Shown: piece after piece, positions 1-7,976 of the stretch
Layout: each line of letters opens with the position of its first letter
Numbering within the stretch: the stretch's first letter is position 1
Assembly (NCBI GenBank): GCA_046758505.1
Contig: JBHIAH010000071.1
Span: forward strand, 1 to 13,583
Source: Candidatus Methylomirabilales bacterium
Lineage (GTDB): Bacteria > Methylomirabilota > Methylomirabilia > Methylomirabilales > CSP1-5
DNA length: 13,583 nucleotides
Direction: 5' to 3'
The notes under the pieces: model-generated
Databases searched by the model: none
What the model was told of the DNA's origin: nothing
Seen by the model: the letters and a program-made list of their open reading frames with translations, nothing else
Position numbers and translations under genes: made by a program

Positions 1-110
1 GGGGCCCCGGCTTGACGCAAACCAGATTCCGCCTTCCTCGCGGGAAGAGGGCTCCCTCGCTCCACGGGGGATAGAGAAACAGGATTAACAATCACCGGTC
101 ATCGGAAGTG

Positions 111-836
111 ATGCGACCACGGTTGGCGGTGAATGTTGATCATATCGCCACGATCCGGCAGGCCCGGAGGGGGTCGGAGCCTGACCCGGTGGCTGCGGCC
201 ATTTTGGCGGAGGTGGCGGGAGCTTCGGGCATCATCGTGCATCTCCGGGAGGACCGGCGCCACATCCAGGATCGGGACCTCCGGCTCCTTCGGGAGGTGG
301 TGAAAACGCAGCTCAACCTGGAAATGGCTGCAACGGAAGAAATGGTGAAGATCGCCCTGGAAGTGCTTCCCGATGTCTCCACCCTCGTGCCTGAGCACCG
401 CCAGGAGCTGACGACCGAGGGAGGCCTGGATGTCGCGGGGCAGGAAGAGCGGATGGCCAGCGTGGTCCGCGCCCTGACCGAGGGAGGGATCAGGGTGAGC
501 CTCTTCATCGATCCCGTGGCCGAGCAGGTCGAGGCCTCGAAGCGGACGGGCGTCCCGTGCGTAGAACTTCACACGGGCCGGTATGCCGAGGCCCAGACGG
601 ATCCAGAACGGCAGGCGGCGCTGCTCAGGATCATGGAGGCGGCCCGCCTCGGGCGGGACCTGGGTCTCCAGATCGCCGCCGGCCACGGTTTGACGTATGG
701 GAATGTTGCGCCGGTGGCCGCGGTCCCAGAGGTGGAAGAGCTGAATATCGGCCACAGCATCGTCGCGCGGGCGAGCCTGGTAGGAATCGATCGGGCCATC
801 CGGGAGATGCTCGGTCTCATCCATGGGGCCAGATGA
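111..836 (+). CDS. pdxJ: Pyridoxine 5'-phosphate synthase
   Basis: Family motifs [36 protein letters not shown] and NIGHSI. ATG at 111, with an in-frame GTG at 108 as the alternative. Directly upstream of acpS, a common arrangement. Confidence 0.97.
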   Translation: MRPRLAVNVDHIATIRQARRGSEPDPVAAAILAEVAGASGIIVHLREDRRHIQDRDLRLLREVVKTQLNLEMAATEEMVKIALEVLPDVSTLVPEHRQELTTEGGLDVAGQEERMASVVRALTEGGIRVSLFIDPVAEQVEASKRTGVPCVELHTGRYAEAQTDPERQAALLRIMEAARLGRDLGLQIAAGHGLTYGNVAPVAAVPEVEELNIGHSIVARASLVGIDRAIREMLGLIHGAR

Positions 837-843
837 AGCCACA

Positions 844-950
844 GCGGTCGGCTGCCAGCAGTCAGCCATTGTAAGGCTGTCAGCAATCGGCGGTGAGCTA
901 TCGGCTTCAGGATCTTCAGGCTGACTGCCGACGGCGGACTGCTGACGGCT
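844..950. repeat. Intergenic array of degenerate 7-mers (GCnRTCR) in direct and inverted orientation
   Basis: 844-864 GCGGTCG GCTGCCA GCAGTCA; 876-903 GCTGTCA GCAATCG GCGGTGA GCTATCG; 920-949 carries the same units on the minus strand (GCCGTCA GCAGTCC GCCGTCG GCAGTCA), giving an imperfect hairpin. Confidence 0.85.
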
Positions 951-1009
951 CCCGGTGGGGGGAGCGGGTTGCTGATTTGCATCGCCTTTGGAGGAGTGGA
1001 CGGGGAGCC

Positions 1010-1387
1010 GTGATTGTCGCTGTGGGGACCGATGTGGTTTCGATTCCGCGCGTGCGGGGGATCCTGGCGCGGTACAGGGATCGGCTCTCTCGTCGCTTCT
1101 ACACGCCGGAGGAGCGGGCCGAAGGGGAGATGCGTCCCCTCCCGGAGGAGCACTTTGCCTCCCGCTTCGCCGCCAAGGAGGCAGTCCTGAAGGCCCTCGG
1201 GACCGGGTGGGGTGCGGGGATCGGATGGCGAGAAATTGAGGTCGTTGGACCTCGAGGGAAGCCGCCCGAGGTGCGGCTTACCGGACGGGCCCGTCACGTG
1301 GCGGCAGAGATGGGGATCCGTCGGCTGCACCTGAGCCTGAGCCACGATGGGGACTATGCAGTTGCCTTTGTTATCGCCACCGACTAA
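1010..1387 (+). CDS. acpS: Holo-[acyl-carrier-protein] synthase (4'-phosphopantetheinyl transferase), 125 aa
   Basis: Starts MIVAVGTDVV from GTG 1010, downstream of purine-rich GAGGAG/GGGGAG. Motifs SRFAAKEA, KALGTG and LSLSHD. The longer ORF from 893 only translates the intergenic repeat. Confidence 0.95.
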   Translation: MIVAVGTDVVSIPRVRGILARYRDRLSRRFYTPEERAEGEMRPLPEEHFASRFAAKEAVLKALGTGWGAGIGWREIEVVGPRGKPPEVRLTGRARHVAAEMGIRRLHLSLSHDGDYAVAFVIATD

Positions 1388-1393
1388 ATGAGA

Positions 1394-1455
1394 AGCTGTC
1401 AGCAGTCCGCAGTCGGCTGTCAGCTCTCTAGGTTTTTTGCTGACCGCTGTTGAGC
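1394..1455. repeat. Second 7-mer array (GCnGTCR)
   Basis: 1395-1424 GCTGTCA GCAGTCC GCAGTCG GCTGTCA GC, followed by a short inverted arm GCTGACCGC at 1439-1447. 1394-1425 matches the reverse complement of 919-950 at 28/32 positions. Confidence 0.85.
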
Positions 1456-1461
1456 CTTGTT

Positions 1462-3075
1462 ATGAAGGTTGTAACTGCAAAAGAGATGCACGAGCTGGAT
1501 CGCCGGGCTGCGGCGGAGTACGGGGTGTCTTCCCTCATCCTGATGGAGAACGCCGGGGCGGGGGCGGTCCGTGAGATGGAGCGGCACTTTCCGCGGGTGT
1601 GCCGGTCCCGGGTGGCGGTGGTGTGCGGAAAGGGGAATAACGGTGGCGATGGGTTGGTCGTTGCTCGACACCTCGCCAACCGCGGGGCGAGCGTCCAGGT
1701 GCTCCTGCTGGCGAAGAAGGATGACCTGAAGGGAGATGCGGCGATCAACCTGGGGATCGCCGAGAAGGCGGGGATTTCCCTCGCGGAGGTCATCACGGTC
1801 CGGGACCTGCACAAGCACCGGGAGGCCCTGGCCGCCGCCGATCTCATTGTCGATGCCATCCTGGGGACCGGCCTCACCGGACCACCGCGAGGAATTGCCG
1901 TTGAGGCCATCGAACTCCTCAATACCCTTGGGCGACCCCTTGTTGCCTTGGATCTCCCTTCCGGCCTCGGCGCAGACGATGGTCACATCCAGGAGCCGTG
2001 CATTCGCGCACAACTGACCCTGACTTTTGCCCTGCCAAAGCGAAGCCTGCTTCTCTTCCCGGCGGCGCAATGTGCGGGGGAGGTTCGAGTCGTGGATATC
2101 GGCATCCCTCGGGTTCTCTCGACGGACCCCGAGCTGCCGGTAAACCTCACCGAGGATGAGGAGGTCAGGGCGGCCTTGCCCCCGCGGGACCCGGACGCCC
2201 ACAAGGGGACGTACGGCCACGTCTTGGTCCTTGCCGGATCGCCCGGCAAGACAGGGGCGGCGGCCCTGTGCAGCCTTGGGGCCTTACGGGTGGGGGCGGG
2301 ACTCGTGACGTGCGCGGTCCCCGAGGGGCTCAACGATCTCATGGAGGTTAAGCTGACAGAGGTGATGACCGTTGGCCTCCCCGAAACCGAGGAGCGGACC
2401 GTCGCCTATCAGGCCAGAGAACCGCTTCTCGGTCTGATGGAGGGGAAGCGGGTCCTCGCCCTCGGGCCAGGTCTCTCGACCCATCCCGACACCGCCCGCC
2501 TGGTGGCCGCCATCATCCAGTCTGCCAAGATCCCCCTGATCATTGATGCCGACGGAATTACCGCGCTGGCCCGCCAGCCCGAGGTCCTCTCGAAGGCTTC
2601 GGTCCCCCTGATCCTGACGCCTCATCCGGGGGAACTGGGCCGCCTGCTCTGGGTTCCGAAGGAAGAGGTCGTGGAGAAACGGATTCCGATTGCCCAGAAG
2701 GTGACCTCGACCTACGATGTGCATCTCGTCCTGAAGGGAGCGCGGACGCTTATCGCGGAGCCCGGTGGCGCCATCTACGTCAATCCCACGGGCAATCCCG
2801 GGATGGCCAGCGGGGGGGTGGGTGACGTCCTGACCGGGATGATCGCTGGCCTGGTGAGCCAGGGGCTACCCCCGACGCTGGCAGCGGTGGTCGGGGTCTA
2901 CCTCCACGGGCTGGCCGGGGATCTTGCCTGCCAGGATCTCGGTCCTGAGGCCATGATAGCTACCGACCTGCTGGACCGGCTTCCCGAGGCGATCCGTGCC
3001 GTCCGGGACGGAGCCTTGCCTCTCCGCACGCCCTTTCCCCCCTCTTCCCCTGGGGAAAGCGCATCCTTTATTTAA
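1462..3075 (+). CDS. nnr: Bifunctional NAD(P)H-hydrate epimerase/dehydratase (YjeF/Nnr), 537 aa
   Basis: N-domain: LMENAG, GKGNNGGDG, DAILGTG, DLPSG. C-domain: HKGTYGH, GPGL, DADG, TPHPGE, LKG, GGVGDVL. Start taken at ATG 1462 (MKVVTAKEM). Confidence 0.96.
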   Translation: MKVVTAKEMHELDRRAAAEYGVSSLILMENAGAGAVREMERHFPRVCRSRVAVVCGKGNNGGDGLVVARHLANRGASVQVLLLAKKDDLKGDAAINLGIAEKAGISLAEVITVRDLHKHREALAAADLIVDAILGTGLTGPPRGIAVEAIELLNTLGRPLVALDLPSGLGADDGHIQEPCIRAQLTLTFALPKRSLLLFPAAQCAGEVRVVDIGIPRVLSTDPELPVNLTEDEEVRAALPPRDPDAHKGTYGHVLVLAGSPGKTGAAALCSLGALRVGAGLVTCAVPEGLNDLMEVKLTEVMTVGLPETEERTVAYQAREPLLGLMEGKRVLALGPGLSTHPDTARLVAAIIQSAKIPLIIDADGITALARQPEVLSKASVPLILTPHPGELGRLLWVPKEEVVEKRIPIAQKVTSTYDVHLVLKGARTLIAEPGGAIYVNPTGNPGMASGGVGDVLTGMIAGLVSQGLPPTLAAVVGVYLHGLAGDLACQDLGPEAMIATDLLDRLPEAIRAVRDGALPLRTPFPPSSPGESASFI

Positions 3076-3155
3076 TATAGAGATCCCTCGAGCGCTCGAT
3101 GGACCTGTGGCCCGGCCCGAGCCTTCGGGTTCCTCCACCCGGTCTATGGCGTCCC

Positions 3156-4430
3156 CTATGGACCGTGACCACCGCTCTTGCGGGCCGGGGGAAAAAAGGA
3201 GGGGGGAAGCTTCTGAGATCTTCGCAGGCGAGCAATCGCGAAGGGAACGGCAAAGGCACCGATGCTCAAAGAGGCGAAGGCAAATCCCCATCCGGTCAGG
3301 GAGGACCACTGGGCCCCTCGAGAACCTGCCAGATCGAGGATGGCGCCGAATACTGTGGGCGCAACGGCGGCGGCGAGGAATGCCGAGAAGGAGTGCACGG
3401 CAAGGGTCGAGCCGACGAACTGGGGATGGGCCACCTCGGTGACCGCCGTGGAGAGGGTGGAGGAGTCGAACATGATCGCAATTCCCAGCAGGCCGACGAG
3501 GCCAAGGACGAGGGGGAAGGGGAGCGGATACGACCAGCCCAGGAGCAGGGTCAGGGGGCTGGAGGCCAGGGAGGCCAGGAGGATGACCCTCCCTCGCCCC
3601 CACCGATCTGAACACCATCCGCCCAAGAGACTTGCGCCGGCGCCGAGGAGCAGGACGGCAGACGCGTATCTCGACGCCAGGTCGGTCGCGGAGGCCAAGG
3701 GGGTCCCGGTTTGGAGGAGGCAGGCGGCCAAAAACGTAACAACCCATGCCCGAACCCCAAAGAGTTCCCAGCTGTGGCCGGTATAGGCGGTAATGACCAG
3801 GAGGGCCTGTGGATTGCGGAGAACCTGCGCCGGACCAATGCGTGTCGGGCGGGGGGATGTCGGAGGGCGGTCCGTGATAATCAGAAGTCCGATGAGGGCG
3901 CCGACGAGGGGGCCTGCCGACGTGAATAAAAAGGCCCAGCGCCAGGAGAGATGGAAGGTCAGGATGCCGGTCAGGAAGAGGGAGAGGCTGGCCCCGAGAC
4001 TGAAGCAACTGGTGTAAATTCCCATGGCGAAGCCGCGGTTCTTTTCGGAGAATCGCTCGGCGACCAGTTTCATGCCTGGGGCATAGGTGCCAGCGAGGCC
4101 TATCCCGGTGAGCGCCCGAAAGAGAAGGCCGGAGACGAAGTCCGTGGCCGCCCAGGTAAAAGCCAGGTTGGCTATCAGGGCCCAGAAGGCGGATAGACTG
4201 TAAATGTACTTGGCGCTTACCCGATCGGTGAGAGAGGTGAGGAACAGGACGAAGCCGAGATACCCCATCCAGTATGCGGAGAAGATGGCCCCGGCCTGGC
4301 TCGCGCTCAGGTGCCACTCCTCCTGGAGCAGCGGCAGGACGGCTGGGTAGTTCATGAAGACCTGCATGGTCCCGATCTCGGCCAAGCAGAGGAGGGTCAG
4401 CCAGATATAGGGTCGGTCGGGTCCGGGCAT
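3156..4430 (-). CDS. Major facilitator superfamily transporter, substrate unknown, about 424 aa
   Basis: About 12 hydrophobic segments, with motif-A-like loops SLTDRVSAK and CSDRWGRGR, and FRALTGIG. Start ATG 4430 chosen because the first hydrophobic helix follows shortly after; the start is less certain than the call. Confidence 0.9.
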   Translation of the reverse strand: MPGPDRPYIWLTLLCLAEIGTMQVFMNYPAVLPLLQEEWHLSASQAGAIFSAYWMGYLGFVLFLTSLTDRVSAKYIYSLSAFWALIANLAFTWAATDFVSGLLFRALTGIGLAGTYAPGMKLVAERFSEKNRGFAMGIYTSCFSLGASLSLFLTGILTFHLSWRWAFLFTSAGPLVGALIGLLIITDRPPTSPRPTRIGPAQVLRNPQALLVITAYTGHSWELFGVRAWVVTFLAACLLQTGTPLASATDLASRYASAVLLLGAGASLLGGWCSDRWGRGRVILLASLASSPLTLLLGWSYPLPFPLVLGLVGLLGIAIMFDSSTLSTAVTEVAHPQFVGSTLAVHSFSAFLAAAVAPTVFGAILDLAGSRGAQWSSLTGWGFAFASLSIGAFAVPFAIARLRRSQKLPPSFFPPARKSGGHGP

Positions 4431-4544
4431 GTCTCCGTCACGGCCCGTGGCGGCATGCGTGCTGCCGCACTCGGAAGTTCCACCTGCGAGCACAGTCTGT
4501 TCCCGTGGGGGGAACGGACAGAGGCTCCCGCGGCGGGAGGGCGA

Positions 4545-5681
4545 TCACTGAAAGACGAGGAGCACGCTGTGGAGGAGGCGCTTCATGAGCCCCGCTGCCG
4601 GGACTGTGCGCATGGCGACGAGGTCCACGTGGGCGAGTTCCTGGCCCTTCGCCGTGATCGAGGCTTCTCCCAACTTCTGTCCCGCCGGGATGGGTGCGAT
4701 GAGCTTCTCGGGAAGATGGTAGGCCAGCGTGGGCCGAGGGGTCCCGTTCTTGACCGTGACGATGCCAGGCCCCTTGGCATAGACACCCAAGAGATCTTCC
4801 GTCCCCTTCCAGACGGGAAGATTCTTGACCCGATCCCCTTGGCTGAAGAATGCCACGTTGTGAAAATTGTTGAATCCATAATTGAGGAGGCGGAGCGCGA
4901 TCTCTTCCCGGGCGCGTTCGCTGCGAGCCCCGAGGACCACCGCGATCAGGCGCCGCTCCCCCTCCTGTGCGGTGGCCGCGATATGATAGCCGGCCTCCTT
5001 CAGCCAGCCGGTCTTGAGCCCGTCGACCCGCGGATCCTTCCAGAGGAGGCGGTTTCGATTGTGTTGTGTGATCCCGTTGTACTCGAACGTCTTCATGGCG
5101 TGGACCCGGAGGGCGGCCGGATGATCCTGGATGAGGTGAAGCGCCAGGAGGGCCACGTCGTGTGCCGTGGTATATTGGTTCTTGGCCGAGAGGCCGTGGG
5201 GGTTCTGGAAGCGCGTATCGCTGAGCCCCAGCTCGGACGCCTTCGCGTTCATCTGGGCCACGAAGGCGGCCGAAAAGCCTGCCAGGCGTTCTGCGACGGC
5301 GATGGTGGCGTCATTGCCGGACGCAATGACGATTCCGTGTAACAGATCCCGAAAGCTCACCCGGTCCCCCGCCTTTAAGAAGATCTGGGAGCCCCCCATC
5401 CGTTCGGCTTGCCGGGTGATGGAGACCGGATCGCTGAGGCGCACGGTCCCTGCCTGGAGGGCATCGTAGGCCAGGTACACGGTCATGAGCTTGGTGAGGC
5501 TGGCGGGGGGGATCCGGACGGTCGTACCCTGGCCGAAGAGGACCTGTCCGGAGGCGGTATCCAGAAGGACCGCGGCCTTGGCGTTGACGCGAAAGCCGGA
5601 CCCCTGGGCCCCGGCGTGGGTTATGGGGACGACAAGGATGATCAACAATAGAAGGATGGGCCAGCCGCTTCGGTGCTGCAT
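4545..5681 (-). CDS. dacA: Serine-type D-alanyl-D-alanine carboxypeptidase (PBP5/6, peptidase S11), 378 aa
   Basis: Signal peptide (WPILLLLIILVVPITHAGA), SxxK (PPASLTK), SxN (ASGND), KTG (DGLKTGW), NPHGL, and a PBP5-like C-terminal domain with amphipathic tail. GGAGG lies 7 nt before ATG 5681. The dacA/dacC paralogue name is not resolvable. Confidence 0.93.
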   Translation of the reverse strand: MQHRSGWPILLLLIILVVPITHAGAQGSGFRVNAKAAVLLDTASGQVLFGQGTTVRIPPASLTKLMTVYLAYDALQAGTVRLSDPVSITRQAERMGGSQIFLKAGDRVSFRDLLHGIVIASGNDATIAVAERLAGFSAAFVAQMNAKASELGLSDTRFQNPHGLSAKNQYTTAHDVALLALHLIQDHPAALRVHAMKTFEYNGITQHNRNRLLWKDPRVDGLKTGWLKEAGYHIAATAQEGERRLIAVVLGARSERAREEIALRLLNYGFNNFHNVAFFSQGDRVKNLPVWKGTEDLLGVYAKGPGIVTVKNGTPRPTLAYHLPEKLIAPIPAGQKLGEASITAKGQELAHVDLVAMRTVPAAGLMKRLLHSVLLVFQ

Positions 5682-5736
5682 TGTGGATCCTCCCTGGAGC
5701 GTTTCCTCGGACGCTGTTGGAGAAAGTTCGGGGGGC

Positions 5737-5745
5737 AGTATAACA
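5737..5745 (-). promoter_or_regulatory. Putative extended -10 promoter (TGnTATACT) for the dac-MFS genes
   Basis: Minus strand reads TGTTATACT about 55 nt upstream of the dac ATG. No good -35 is present. Confidence 0.55.
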
Positions 5746-5776
5746 TACATCCTCCCGACGGCGATGCCGCTTTTCT

Positions 5777-5797
5777 GTTGTCCGCCGTCGGCCATCG
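5777..5797. repeat. Third, shorter copy of the 7-mer array
   Basis: GTTGTCC GCCGTCG GCCATCG. 5780-5792 (GTCCGCCGTCGGC) is an exact 13-nt match to the reverse complement of part of 919-950. Confidence 0.65.
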
Positions 5798-5833
5798 GTG
5801 GCACTCCATGGGGCGGATGACACGGATAGGGAT

Positions 5834-6328
5834 ATGGCGGAGGGGGATCGAAAACGTCTCACCTTGATCTCGACCTCTCCGGCCGAGACGCGGCGGCTCG
5901 GGATCTGGGTTGGGCGGCGCCTGAAGCCGGGAGACGTGGTGTGCCTCATGGGAGAGATGGGGGCGGGGAAGACCCTCTTTGTTCGTGGGATCGCAGAAGG
6001 GGTGGGCGTTCCGCAGGGGCGCGGGGTCCGGAGCCCAACCTTCACCCTGGTCCACGAGTATATGGGACGACACCCGATCTATCATCTCGATCTGTACCGC
6101 CTCCGGGAAGCGGACGAGTTGGAAGGGATCGGGTGGGAAGAGTATCTGTACGGCGAGGGGGTAGCGGTCATCGAGGCGGCTGAGAAGATGTCCCAGAAAC
6201 TTCCGCGTGAACGGCTGGAGGTTGTGTTGGGGCGGGAAGGGGTGCGCCGGCGGCGTCTTCGGGTGGCCGGGTACGGCCGTCGGTTCCAGTCCTTGGTCGA
6301 AGCCTTGGCGAGGCGGCAGCACCAATGA
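5834..6328 (+). CDS. tsaE: tRNA threonylcarbamoyladenosine biosynthesis ATPase TsaE (YjeE), 164 aa
   Basis: Walker A GEMGAGKT, SPTFTL and YHLDLYRL. Start taken at ATG 5834, after ATAGGGAT. Confidence 0.94.
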   Translation: MAEGDRKRLTLISTSPAETRRLGIWVGRRLKPGDVVCLMGEMGAGKTLFVRGIAEGVGVPQGRGVRSPTFTLVHEYMGRHPIYHLDLYRLREADELEGIGWEEYLYGEGVAVIEAAEKMSQKLPRERLEVVLGREGVRRRRLRVAGYGRRFQSLVEALARRQHQ

Positions 6329-6338
6329 GCCTTTTCCA

Positions 6339-6367
6339 TTGCACGGGTCCGAATTCCGTGCTATTTT
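6339..6367 (+). promoter_or_regulatory. Putative sigma70 promoter for the HtrA gene, overlapped by an inverted repeat
   Basis: TTGCAC (6339-6344), 17-nt spacer, TATTTT (6362-6367), with TG at the extended -10 position. Inverted repeat GCACGG-N9-CCGTGC at 6341-6361. Confidence 0.55.
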
Positions 6368-6476
6368 CCCCATGATGTCACAATCAAATCACTCCTCGGG
6401 TTGCCGCCGAATGGCGGGCGAGGGACGGTCCTTTGGACCTACATAATATGTACATTCATCGAGTGAGGGTGAAACG

Positions 6477-7901
6477 ATGAGCGCGAGGGGAAAGGGTGGC
6501 CTCCGGGCCGTGACGACGTGGGCCGTAGTGCTTACCTGTCTGGTTCTCAGTCCGGTGCTGGCTCATGCCAAGGACCAGTTCTGGCGTGAGGGGCCTCTGC
6601 TGTCTGAACAGAGTTCAGATCTCGTGCGCCTGAACCGGTCTCTCACCCAGCTGGTGGCCCTGATCCAGCCTGCGGTCGTGCAGATCGGGGTCGAAAAGGT
6701 CGAGGCGGCGGCACTGCCCGAAAACCATCCTCCCGTTCCCGGGGAACGGCCGGAGCGTCCTCGGGTCGGTTCGGGATTCATCGTCAGCCGGGACGGCTAT
6801 ATTCTGACGAACTATCATGTCGTGGCTGAGGTCCGAGAGGCAGATGTGGAACTGTACGATGGCCGGACCTTCTCTGCGAAGGTCGTTGGCAAAGATCGGC
6901 GCACCGATCTCGCCCTGCTCAAGGTGGACGGCGGGGGTCGCCTCTCGGTCCTGCCCTTGGGGGACTCAGATCGGTTGAAGATCGGGGAGTTCGTGCTGGC
7001 CGCGGGGAATCCCTTTGGGTTGGAACACACGGTAACCTTTGGCGTGGTGAGCCGGAAGGGGCACGGGTTCGGACGATTCGGCTTTTTCGACGACTACATC
7101 CAGACCGACGCCTCGATCAATCCAGGGAACAGCGGGGGTCCCCTGGTCAATATCCGGGGGGAAGTGGTCGGTATCAACACCGCGATCATTCCGCGGCAGC
7201 GGATCGGGTTCGCCATCCCGATTAACCTCGCCAAGTTGATCCTCCCCCAGCTGCGGGAACACGGAGAGGTCTCATGGGGCTTTCTGGGGGTCGGGATCCA
7301 GGATCTCAACCAATCGTTGATCCAGGCCCTGGGGATGTCCACGAAGGAGGGGGCCTTGGTGACCAATATTCTCCCCGGCCTGGGGGCAGAGAAGGCGGGG
7401 CTGGAGCGGGGGGATGTGATTTTGGAGTTTGACGGTACGGCTATTACGGACGTCCGAACGCTTCAGCAGAAGGTGGCCCGCACGCCGGCGGGGACGAAGG
7501 CAAAGATAAAAATCCTCCGTCAAGGCAAAGTCCGGACGATGGTGGCCGTGATCGGGAAATTCAATCGAGAAATCGAGGTGCTGGCGCGCTCCGAGGAGTC
7601 TCCCAAGCCGCTTCCGAAGGAGATCTTGGGTCTCACTCTGGAGGAGTTGACACCAGAGACGGCCAAGAAGTTTAAGCTGAAGGCGGGGAAGGGAGTGGTG
7701 GTGACCGAGGTCACCAAGAGGAGCGCTGCTGGCCGCGCCGACATCCGTGCAGGGGACCTTTTGGCGGAGGTCGATCAGCAGCCGGTCACGAGTATCCAGG
7801 AAGTGCACCGGGCTATCAAGAGGTGGACGCGGCCGAAGCACCTTCTCCTGATCCAGCGAGGCGACAGCTACTTTTACGTGGCCATCAGGAAACAAGGCTG
7901 A
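6477..7901 (+). CDS. htrA: HtrA/DegP/DegQ-family periplasmic serine endoprotease with two PDZ domains, 474 aa
   Basis: Signal peptide ending AHA. GSGFIV, TNYHVV (His), RTDLALLKV (Asp), QTDASINPGNSGGPL (Ser), GFAIP, PDZ1 GFLGVGIQ and PDZ2 LGLTLE. GAGGG SD upstream. Confidence 0.95.
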   Translation: MSARGKGGLRAVTTWAVVLTCLVLSPVLAHAKDQFWREGPLLSEQSSDLVRLNRSLTQLVALIQPAVVQIGVEKVEAAALPENHPPVPGERPERPRVGSGFIVSRDGYILTNYHVVAEVREADVELYDGRTFSAKVVGKDRRTDLALLKVDGGGRLSVLPLGDSDRLKIGEFVLAAGNPFGLEHTVTFGVVSRKGHGFGRFGFFDDYIQTDASINPGNSGGPLVNIRGEVVGINTAIIPRQRIGFAIPINLAKLILPQLREHGEVSWGFLGVGIQDLNQSLIQALGMSTKEGALVTNILPGLGAEKAGLERGDVILEFDGTAITDVRTLQQKVARTPAGTKAKIKILRQGKVRTMVAVIGKFNREIEVLARSEESPKPLPKEILGLTLEELTPETAKKFKLKAGKGVVVTEVTKRSAAGRADIRAGDLLAEVDQQPVTSIQEVHRAIKRWTRPKHLLLIQRGDSYFYVAIRKQG

Positions 7902-7931
7902 TCGGAGAACGGGGAGCGCGTGAGGCAAGAG

Positions 7932-7967
7932 AGGCCCCTGCGCGGGGTGCGCAGGGGCCTGCTTTTT
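7932..7967 (+). terminator. Intrinsic terminator between convergent htrA and sod (possibly bidirectional)
   Basis: Perfect 12-bp stem AGGCCCCTGCGC (7932-7943) / GCGCAGGGGCCT (7949-7960), 5-nt loop, followed by GCTTTTT. Confidence 0.85.
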
Positions 7968-7976
7968 CAGGATCGG

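Noticed and set aside
844..1455. Heptamer arrays as a CRISPR array or as IS terminal repeats
   Set aside because: No constant 23-47 nt repeats with unique spacers and no cas genes. No transposase or target-site duplication is evident, and the enclosed gene is a housekeeping acpS.
4431..4544. Small GC hairpins between dac and the MFS gene (e.g. GCGGCA/TGCCGC, GTTCCC/GGGAAC, CTCCC/GGGAG)
   Set aside because: Short stems without a U-tract on the minus strand, as expected by chance at this GC content.
893..5804. Longer N-termini in the ORF track for acpS (893), nnr (1450), MFS (4493), dac (5804) and tsaE (5798)
   Set aside because: The extensions translate intergenic repeats or promoter DNA. 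Downstream starts fit family N-termini and, for acpS and dac, SD placement.
6373..6391. TGAT-N6-ATCA / TCACA resembling FNR or CRP sites
   Set aside because: The spacing is wrong for FNR (TTGAT-N4-ATCAA) and only one CRP half-site is present.
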